Assembly: GCA_964476835.1 (NCBI GenBank)
Contig: CAYZCE010000004.1
Span: 16,244-80,243 of the forward strand
Reading direction: 5' to 3'
DNA length: 64,000 nt
Source of the DNA: an uncultured Rhodospirillaceae bacterium
Lineage (GTDB): Bacteria > Pseudomonadota > Alphaproteobacteria > Micavibrionales > UBA2020
The stretch's first letter is position 1. Each line of letters starts with the position of its first letter. Position numbers and translations under genes: made by a program. The notes under the pieces are model-generated. The model was not told where the DNA came from. It saw only the letters and a list, made by a program, of their open reading frames with translations, and searched no databases. Below are positions 20,045 to 26,501 of the stretch, in pieces.

Positions 20045-20653
20045 TTACTGGTTGAATTCATTGTGTTCAGGCGCCGTAGGGGGAATGCCGTTCAGTTCGG
20101 TGTCATTCCAGTACTTGGTGCCCTTCAGCATGACTTGCGCGAGCAGGCCCGACTTCGTCATCTGGTAGATCTCGACGCCCGGGAGGACGTCAACGGCACC
20201 GCCTGTCGCGCCGCCCGATGCACCCTGCTTTGCGGCAAGGTCGGCATGGCCGGAGAGGTCGAGGCCGCGCTTGACGAAGTCGTCGAAGATCTTCCGGTCA
20301 TGGAAGATGAAGACCACGCGGAAGTCCTTCGCGCCAAGGCCGAGGCCGACACCGGCGGAAGCCATCTTCATGTAAGTGTCCGTGCCGGTGCGGTTGTCGT
20401 GCGAGATGCCGTGACCGTAAGAGCCGGAGAAGAAGATGACGGCCAGGTCGGCATTGGTGAAGACGGCGGTGCCTTCAGCCTTCGCCACCTTTTCAGCGGT
20501 GCCGGGTGCGGCTTTATAAAGCCTGTTCAGCGTCGCGGACTGCATCTTCTGGATCTCGGCGCGTTGCTCGTCCACCGTCGCCGCCGTATAGGCGAAAGCG
20601 GAGGAAGCCGAGAAGGCCATGACGACGGCTATTGCTGCGATAAGTAACTTCAT
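20045..20653 (-). CDS. SYLF (Ysc84/DUF500) lipid-binding domain protein, secreted
   Basis: Signal peptide 'MKLLIAAIAVVMAFSASSAFA'; core 'GSYGHGI...SAGVGLGLGAKDFRVVFIF...ADLAAKQGASGGATGGA'. Confidence 0.75.
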   Translation of the reverse strand: MKLLIAAIAVVMAFSASSAFAYTAATVDEQRAEIQKMQSATLNRLYKAAPGTAEKVAKAEGTAVFTNADLAVIFFSGSYGHGISHDNRTGTDTYMKMASAGVGLGLGAKDFRVVFIFHDRKIFDDFVKRGLDLSGHADLAAKQGASGGATGGAVDVLPGVEIYQMTKSGLLAQVMLKGTKYWNDTELNGIPPTAPEHNEFNQ

Positions 20654-20687
20654 GTTGCTCTCCTTGAAAGGTTGATGTTGCGGCTGG

Positions 20688-20873
20688 TTACACGACCGGC
20701 GGCGGCGGAGACTTGCCGCTGAAGAGGTGCAGGACCGCAGTCACGAGGAATAGGATGATGAAGACGCCGAACAGAATCCGCGCCATTTCCATCGAGATCA
20801 CGGCAACGCCGGTGAAGCCGAAGAGCGCAGCGATCAGCGCGAGTACCAAGAATGTGATTGCCCATCTCAGCAT
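20688..20873 (-). CDS. DUF1328/UPF0391 small membrane protein
   Basis: 61 aa, 'MLRWAITFLVLALIAALFGFTGVA' is the typical family N-terminus. Confidence 0.8.
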   Translation of the reverse strand: MLRWAITFLVLALIAALFGFTGVAVISMEMARILFGVFIILFLVTAVLHLFSGKSPPPPVV

Positions 20874-20911
20874 GATTTTTCTCCTTTTATGGATTATTGT
20901 CTGTCTTTCCG

Positions 20912-20937
20912 AACGTCTCGCCTGCCCGTGAAGTTCC
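20912..20937 (-). promoter_or_regulatory. ECF/EcfG-type promoter (GGAAC-N17-CGTT) for the DUF1328-SYLF-csbD operon
   Basis: Minus strand reads GGAAC ttcacgggcaggcgaga CGTT; 38 nt from the -10 element to ATG 20873. Confidence 0.6.
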
Positions 20938-20971
20938 GCGGGAAAAGCAAGTCTTTGATGTGCGGGGTAAT

Positions 20972-21475
20972 TTAGTGGTAGGTGAAAATCCGGAACTTGC
21001 CTTCATCGAGCGCGGCCTGAAGATGTTCGCGCGCGCGCGACAGGCGCGAACGCACGGTGCCCACGGGGATGGACAACGCCTGTGCGGCCTCTTCATAGCT
21101 CAAGCCATCGACGCAGACCAGTTGCAGGACTTCCTGGTGTTCCGGGCAGAGCCGGTGGATATAGTCCATCACGATATGCAGGTCCGCGCAACCTTCCTGC
21201 GCCGGGCCGACCGAAACCTTGTCGATATAAGGCGCCGGATCGTAGCGCGTCTCGAACTTCTTCCGATGGCGGTATCCCGACACGAAGAGGTTGAACATCA
21301 TTTTCGACGTCCAACTGAAGAGGTTGGTGCCGTCGAGGAAGTAATCTTTCTTTTCGAGTGCCCGCAGAATGGTGGATTGGAACAGGTCGTCTGCATTCTG
21401 GGTGTTTTTGGTGAGGCCGAGCGCGAATCTTCGCAATTTACCGATTTCATTGATAAGTGCTTGTTCTTGAAACAT
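20972..21475 (-). CDS. ECF-type RNA polymerase sigma factor
   Basis: Region 2 'LRRFALGLTKNTQNADDLFQSTILRAL...FSWTSKMMFNLF'; region 4 'LSYEEAAQALSIPVGTVRSRLSRAREHL'. ATG 21475 follows the AAAGGAGGGG RBS. No anti-sigma gene adjacent. Confidence 0.85.
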   Translation of the reverse strand: MFQEQALINEIGKLRRFALGLTKNTQNADDLFQSTILRALEKKDYFLDGTNLFSWTSKMMFNLFVSGYRHRKKFETRYDPAPYIDKVSVGPAQEGCADLHIVMDYIHRLCPEHQEVLQLVCVDGLSYEEAAQALSIPVGTVRSRLSRAREHLQAALDEGKFRIFTYH

Positions 21476-21646
21476 GTCCCCTCCTTTTTTGCTGCCTATC
21501 TTCCATATTATCAAACCCACACAACAACAAAGAAACAGGCAAATCTCAAAAAGGAAAAAGTTCTGTTTCATTTTTGTATCAAGTGCCCTACTATTCACCC
21601 GATATTTCAATTTCAGTCATTACACCCCTTTTATTAGGATCACGTC

Positions 21647-22390
21647 GTGACTCAAGCCACAGTTCTCGCCATCGATGACGATGCCGTCATGCAGGAACAG
21701 ATGCGCCAGCATCTGGAGCGTGAAGGCTATCGCTTTCTCGCCCTTCCCGACAGCAATGACATCCTTCAGAACATGGAGGAGCAAAATCCCGATATCATCG
21801 TCCTCAGCCTGCCGCCGTCCGGGGATCATATCGAACTGCTATCCTCCATCCGCAGCAAGAGCCGCGCCGGGCTGATCATCGTCAGCTCCAAATGCGAAAC
21901 GATCGACCGGATCATCGGCCTGGAAATGGGCGCGGACGACTTCCTCAAGAAACCTTTCGAGTTGCGCGAACTAGCTGCACGCATCAAAGCACTGCTACGA
22001 CGCGTCCCGCCCGACGAAACCACGCCGCTGCCGCTGAACGACGCGCCGATTGAATCGCCGCTCGCGCAGGCGGAGCGCATCGTCTTCGGCAACTGGGTGC
22101 TCGACCGCCTGCAATACCAATTGTTCGACGCGGAAGGAAAAACGGCAGAGCTGACGAGCGGGGAATTCAAGCTGCTCGAGGCGCTTGTGCTGGCGCCGCA
22201 CCGCGCCCTCAGCCGCCAATACCTTTTCGAGACGACTCACCACGCCAACTTCCCTGAATTCGACCGCGCGATCGACATCCAGATCGGTCGCCTGCGCAAG
22301 AAGATGAACGACGACCCGCACAACCCCACGCTGCTCAAGACGATTCGCGGCGTCGGTTACATGTTTGTGGGCGAGCCCAAAGCGGGCTGA
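21647..22390 (+). CDS. OmpR/PhoB-family response regulator with aspartate-less receiver (Ser at the phospho-acceptor position)
   Basis: Receiver 'VLAIDDD...PDIIVLSLPPSG...IIVSSK...KKPF' plus winged helix 'LTSGEFKLLEAL...IRGVGYMF'. AGC (Ser54) at 21806-21808 aligns with OmpR Asp55. GTG start. Confidence 0.85.
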   Translation: MTQATVLAIDDDAVMQEQMRQHLEREGYRFLALPDSNDILQNMEEQNPDIIVLSLPPSGDHIELLSSIRSKSRAGLIIVSSKCETIDRIIGLEMGADDFLKKPFELRELAARIKALLRRVPPDETTPLPLNDAPIESPLAQAERIVFGNWVLDRLQYQLFDAEGKTAELTSGEFKLLEALVLAPHRALSRQYLFETTHHANFPEFDRAIDIQIGRLRKKMNDDPHNPTLLKTIRGVGYMFVGEPKAG

Positions 22391-22428
22391 TACATAGTAT
22401 ATACAGCGTATAAGCCGGAATAAGGTAG

Positions 22429-22454
22429 GGAACCAGCCCTGCACGCTCTCCGTT
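22429..22454 (+). promoter_or_regulatory. ECF/EcfG-type promoter (GGAAC-N17-CGTT) for the EF-hand gene
   Basis: GGAAC cagccctgcacgctctc CGTT; 36 nt from the -10 element to ATG 22491. Confidence 0.6.
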
Positions 22455-22490
22455 GGATGTCTGCAATCCAACATAACAAGGAGAACGTTC

Positions 22491-23084
22491 ATGAATACCA
22501 TCGTCACACGCCTTTTGGCAGGCACGGCACTTACGGTCTTCTTTATCTCGGCAACACCGGCGCTCGCCGCCACTGTCGTCCGCGAGACCACGGTCACCGA
22601 GTCGGCCCCGACCGTCACCACGACGGTTGAGGAAACGACGCTGCCCGCCATCGGGTCGTCGACGTTCCGCTTCAATGACTTCGACCTGAACAACGACGGT
22701 ATCCTGTCGATCGACGAAGTCGGCCGCATGCTGTTCAAGCTCTATGATAACGACGGCAACGGCTTCATCGACAGCAACGAGTACAAGCGCCGCGCCGTCA
22801 TCACGGTGGTGCCGATGGAGAAGAACGTGAAGATCGCGTATGACCTTGACGGCGACGGCGTCGCCGACGTCACCAAGTACACCTACGAGACCTTCATGCA
22901 GGAGACCATGCTGACGCGCTTCGATAAGAACCGCGACGGCCTCTCGCCGCGCGAGTTCACGGGACGCGACTTCTGGTCTGCCGACGTCAACCACGACAAG
23001 GGCGTCGACCTGCAGGAATGGCAAGGCACTTATATCAAGAGCCTCGACCACTCCAACAAGGAAAAGGCACGCTTCAACAAGTAA
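22491..23084 (+). CDS. secreted multi-EF-hand calcium-binding protein
   Basis: Signal peptide 'LLAGTALTVFFISATPALA'; EF-hand loops 'DLNNDGILSIDE', 'DNDGNGFIDSNE', 'DLDGDGVADV', 'DKNRDGLSPREF', 'DVNHDKGVDLQE'. Confidence 0.8.
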   Translation: MNTIVTRLLAGTALTVFFISATPALAATVVRETTVTESAPTVTTTVEETTLPAIGSSTFRFNDFDLNNDGILSIDEVGRMLFKLYDNDGNGFIDSNEYKRRAVITVVPMEKNVKIAYDLDGDGVADVTKYTYETFMQETMLTRFDKNRDGLSPREFTGRDFWSADVNHDKGVDLQEWQGTYIKSLDHSNKEKARFNK

Positions 23085-23130
23085 CCGTTTCTAAATCTAC
23101 CTTAACTTCACAACAATAGGAGGATACGAC

Positions 23131-23445
23131 ATGACAACCCGAAACATCGCAAAGCGAACGCTGAAGAAGGCTCACAAGGCAGCCGGCAACATGGAAGTCG
23201 GCCTGGAAGACATCCGCGACGACGTCGTCGGCCTTGCCCGCGACATCCGTGACGCTTCCGCTTGCCAGGCAAGTGCGGCCGCTGAGTACGTCGCCGATTA
23301 CGCGACGGACCTGAGGGACCAAGGCGCCGACGTGGTCGACAAGATCGAACGCCAGATCAAGGCCAAGCCGACCCGCAGCGTTGCGATCGCGTTCACCACG
23401 GGGCTGCTCGCCAGCCTTTTGCTCGGACACCATCGGGCATCGTGA
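23131..23445 (+). CDS. DUF883 (ElaB/YqjD-like) C-tail-anchored stress protein
   Basis: 104 aa; helical N-terminal part and the typical C-terminal anchor 'KPTRSVAIAFTTGLLASLLLG'. Confidence 0.7.
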   Translation: MTTRNIAKRTLKKAHKAAGNMEVGLEDIRDDVVGLARDIRDASACQASAAAEYVADYATDLRDQGADVVDKIERQIKAKPTRSVAIAFTTGLLASLLLGHHRAS

Positions 23446-23876
23446 TGCTGAAGGACCCGGCAGGCATGATCGAGGACCTTCTCCTGAACGCCATTGTCGG
23501 CGAGAAGGCTCTGCCGCCGCCCCGAAGCAGGTGGGACTGGGGCTTGACCGCCCTGTCCGTCCTGCTGGCGGGCGTCGCGGTCGCTTTGTGCGTCATCGGG
23601 CTGGTGCGCTTCTTTGAAGCGCGCTACAGCCCCGATGCCGCCGCCCTGCTCTCCGCTGCCGTGATTTTTGCTGCGAGCCTCCTGGCACTGGCCGCCGCAA
23701 ATATCTGCAAGAAGAGGAAGGCGCGCCGCATCAATGCCGCTCAAAACGACACGAGCAAGAACGTGCAGGCACTGGTCGAAGGCATCGCCGCCGAACTCGA
23801 CGGCCCTGTCCGCGAAAACCCGAAGACCGCCGTCGCGATCGCCGCGCTCGCCGGCTTCCTGGCGGCAAAGCACTAA
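23442..23876 (+). CDS. membrane protein, YqjE/holin-like (putative partner of the DUF883 protein)
   Basis: 144 aa; start overlaps the previous stop (GTGA); two central TM helices and a C-terminal hydrophobic segment. Confidence 0.5.
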   Translation: MMLKDPAGMIEDLLLNAIVGEKALPPPRSRWDWGLTALSVLLAGVAVALCVIGLVRFFEARYSPDAAALLSAAVIFAASLLALAAANICKKRKARRINAAQNDTSKNVQALVEGIAAELDGPVRENPKTAVAIAALAGFLAAKH

Positions 23877-23883
23877 CGGCGCT

Positions 23884-23908
23884 GGAACTTTGCATGTTCA
23901 AGGCCGTT
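23884..23908 (+). promoter_or_regulatory. ECF/EcfG-type promoter (GGAAC-N16-CGTT)
   Basis: GGAAC tttgcatgttcaaggc CGTT; 38 nt from the -10 element to ATG 23947. Confidence 0.6.
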
Positions 23909-23946
23909 GGTCTTTTATCTACAACCACAAACTAAGGAGAATGATC

Positions 23947-24150
23947 ATGGCCAACAATATCAACGGAAATAACGGCGGCAATCGTCAAGACACTGCGCGC
24001 CCGGATGTCAGCCAGCCCGGCTATCAGCAAGGCGACCGCAAGAACGCAGACCAAGGCCGCGACAGCGACCGCAAGGTCAGCGCTCCCGACAAGTCCTCCG
24101 ATATGCCGAAGAAGAACAAGGACAGCAGCAGCTGCGGCTGTACCAAATAA
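23947..24150 (+). CDS. small hydrophilic (stress-type) protein, 67 aa
   Basis: RBS AAGGAGA. Highly polar N/G/D/K/Q-rich sequence ending in 'SSSCGCTK'. Sits between an ECF-type promoter and a strong terminator. Confidence 0.55.
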   Translation: MANNINGNNGGNRQDTARPDVSQPGYQQGDRKNADQGRDSDRKVSAPDKSSDMPKKNKDSSSCGCTK

Positions 24151-24170
24151 GTCCTTCTCCCACGGATAAG

Positions 24171-24201
24171 AAAAGGGACCTGGAAACGGGTCCCTTTTTT
24201 A
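24171..24201 (+). terminator. rho-independent terminator
   Basis: AAAAGGGACC-tggaaacg-GGTCCC-TTTTTT. Confidence 0.75.
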
Positions 24202-24469
24202 TTGTCCCGAGTTCCGCCTTAGAACTGGTACCTAATCGCAGCAAACAGCTAAGCAAGACGCAAAAGATAGTACAAAAAAAATGATAGAAGAACAGGATGA
24301 ATTTAAGAAAGTATTTGCCGGTATGGAGATGAAAGTTATAAGACCTGTTTTTGTAGAAATGGCTACACATCCTTTTGCGACAAGGGGATCATGCCGCCGT
24401 CATGCCCGTGAGGTTGTTTTTATTTTTCCGGCTGCTGTTTCTCTTGTGTGAAAATATGTGAGGTGAAAG

Positions 24470-24658
24470 ATGGCTATAAAGTTTTGTCGAGATACAGAAC
24501 TTGCTGAACGATATAATGTTGATCGTGTAACAATCTGGCGCTGGGTAAAAGAAAATAAATTTCCTGCGCCAGTGCATTTTTCCACAGGTTGTACACGATC
24601 GAATTTACAGGAAATTGAAGCGTGGGAACTACGTTGTAAGGAACAAAAAAAGCTATGA
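24470..24658 (+). CDS. alpA: AlpA-family (MerR-like HTH) phage/island transcriptional regulator or excisionase
   Basis: 62 aa; 'ELAERYNVDRVTIWRWVKENKFPAPV' is the AlpA/Phage_AlpA HTH signature; AT-rich context beside the 3' end of a tRNA gene. Confidence 0.7.
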   Translation: MAIKFCRDTELAERYNVDRVTIWRWVKENKFPAPVHFSTGCTRSNLQEIEAWELRCKEQKKL

Positions 24659-24723
24659 TTTAGGCAATTTATATGGAGGGCTTATAAAAAAATCTTCCTA
24701 AGCGGTTGATTTTATTGAGTAAA

Positions 24724-24813
24724 TGGCGGACAGGGCGAGATTCGAACTCGCGATAGGATTGCTCCTATTCTAGTTTTCGAGACTAGCGCCTTCAACCGCT
24801 CGGCCACCTGTCC
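24724..24813 (-). tRNA. tRNA-Ser (anticodon CGA)
   Basis: Hand-folded: acceptor GGACAGG/CCTGTCC; anticodon arm CTAGT-CTCGAAA-ACTAG; long variable arm; T-arm GAGTTCGAATCTC; encoded CCA. Confidence 0.9.
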
Positions 24814-24905
24814 ATTTCGAAGCGTGCAATCTAGCAGAAGCATCCGATTCCGAAAAGTATTTGTTTTGGCTTTCTTTTCAAGGCCTTCGAGGCCTTGACT
24901 TGCCC

Positions 24906-26405
24906 ATGCGGGCGGCTTCTAATAATGACATGTTCGATGTATTGACCGCGGCCGAGATGCGCAAAGCCGATGCCGCCTGCATTGCCGGCGGCACGGGAAG
25001 CCTGGAGCTTATGGATGCGGCGGGCGATGCGGTGGCGCGTCAGGTCATCGCGTTTTTCAAGCCCTGCCCCGTCCTCGTCCTCTGCGGCCCCGGCAATAAC
25101 GGGGGCGACGGCTTCTTCGCCGCCGCGAAGCTGAAGCGCGAAGGCTGGCCGGTGCGCGTCGCGTGCCTTGTGCGCAAGGCCGCGCTCAAGGGTGACGCGG
25201 CGCTGGCGGCGAAGGAATGGGGCGACGAGATCGAGAGCCTCAATTCCAACCTCTCCGTGCACCAGACCGGTCTTGTGATCGACGCGGTATTCGGCACCGG
25301 CTTCGACCGCGCGCTGGAGCCGGAACTCGGCATCGTCTTCGACAAGATCCGCGCGCGCAAGATTCCCGTCGTCGCCGTCGATGTGCCGAGCGGGCTTGAT
25401 GCCTCGACCGGCATGGCCGCGGCTGGCACGCTCAAGGCTGATCGCACCGTTACCTTCGGACGCTGGAAAGTCGGGCACCTCCTCTACCCCGGCCGCGCCT
25501 TGTGCGGATGGGTGCATGTCGCCGATATCGGCCTGACGCCCGCGCATATCGCTGCCAGCGGCGTAACATGTTACGTGAACGTGCCCGACGTATGGCTGAA
25601 GGACTTCCCGTGGCCCGCGCCCGAAAGCCACAAATACATGCGCGGCCACACGCTCGTCTACGGCGGCGCGGCGCGCACCGGGGCGGCCTGCCTCTCGGCG
25701 ATGGCGGCGCAGAAAATCGGCGCGGGCGTCGTTTCCATCGCCAGCCTGCGCGAGAGTTTCGCCCTTTATGCCGCCTGCCGCGCGAGCATCATGGTCGACG
25801 CGACGGAGACGCTCGACGACTGGAAGTCGCTGTTGCGCGACGAACGCAAGAACACGATCGTCATCGGCCCCGGCGCAGGCGCGGACGACCGCCTGCGCGC
25901 ATCGGTCGAGGCCGCGCTCACGTTCAACAAATCCGGCGTGCTGGATGCCGATGTCTTCACCGCGTACCAAGCCGCGCCGCAAGAACTCTTCTCGCGCCTC
26001 TCGCCACACTACGTGCTGACGCCGCATGAAGGCGAATTCGAACGCCTCTTCGGCGCGGGTGACGGCAGCAAACTTGAGCGCGTCCGCGCCGCCGCGCAAA
26101 AGGCCAATGCCGTCGTGCTGCTCAAGGGCGCCGATACCGTGGTCGCGGCGCCCGACGGCACAGCTGTCATCAACACCAACGCCCCGCCGACGCTGGCCAC
26201 CGCCGGATCGGGCGACGTTCTGGCGGGAATCATCGCAGGCCTGATCTCCCAGGGCATGCCGGCCTTCCCGGCCGCGGCGGCCGGGGTCTGGCTTCACGGG
26301 GAAGCGGCCCAAGCCTACGGATTGGGACTGACGGCGGAAGACATAATAATCAAGCTGCCGCAAGTACTTAACACCCTCTACGGCCTTGAGAAAAATCATC
26401 CGTAA
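24906..26405 (+). CDS. nnr: bifunctional NAD(P)H-hydrate repair enzyme (epimerase / ADP-dependent dehydratase)
   Basis: N-terminal YjeF_N 'LCGPGNNGGDGF'; C-terminal carbohydrate-kinase part 'LATAGSGDVLAGII'. Start is 24906 or 24930. Confidence 0.88.
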   Translation: MRAASNNDMFDVLTAAEMRKADAACIAGGTGSLELMDAAGDAVARQVIAFFKPCPVLVLCGPGNNGGDGFFAAAKLKREGWPVRVACLVRKAALKGDAALAAKEWGDEIESLNSNLSVHQTGLVIDAVFGTGFDRALEPELGIVFDKIRARKIPVVAVDVPSGLDASTGMAAAGTLKADRTVTFGRWKVGHLLYPGRALCGWVHVADIGLTPAHIAASGVTCYVNVPDVWLKDFPWPAPESHKYMRGHTLVYGGAARTGAACLSAMAAQKIGAGVVSIASLRESFALYAACRASIMVDATETLDDWKSLLRDERKNTIVIGPGAGADDRLRASVEAALTFNKSGVLDADVFTAYQAAPQELFSRLSPHYVLTPHEGEFERLFGAGDGSKLERVRAAAQKANAVVLLKGADTVVAAPDGTAVINTNAPPTLATAGSGDVLAGIIAGLISQGMPAFPAAAAGVWLHGEAAQAYGLGLTAEDIIIKLPQVLNTLYGLEKNHP

Positions 26406-26501
26406 AGTTTTAAATAAATACCCCTAAAGCGAAAAACATGCTACACTGGAACAATAATGGCAGCTTTGGGGATTGAGATGCAGCCACGCGACGACATGGG
26501 G

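Noticed and set aside
21476-21646. Search for a NepR-like anti-sigma ORF or an autoregulatory GGAAC...CGTT promoter upstream of the ECF sigma gene
   Set aside because: Only a 9-codon ORF is present. The best -35-like string (AGAAC) lacks a CGTT at 16-17 nt. No PhyR-type (sigma-like plus receiver) gene occurs in the window.
24077-24585. Minus-strand ORFs (97, 62 and 61 aa) in the AT-rich region near alpA
   Set aside because: No RBS, odd composition (F/Y/K/C-rich), mutually overlapping, and overlapping the better-supported AlpA-like gene. Open frames are expected by chance in AT-rich DNA.
24202-24723. Direct repeat of the tRNA-Ser 3' end (att site) that would delimit an island
   Set aside because: Not found by eye to the left of the tRNA. 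A computed repeat search is needed before an intact island can be claimed.
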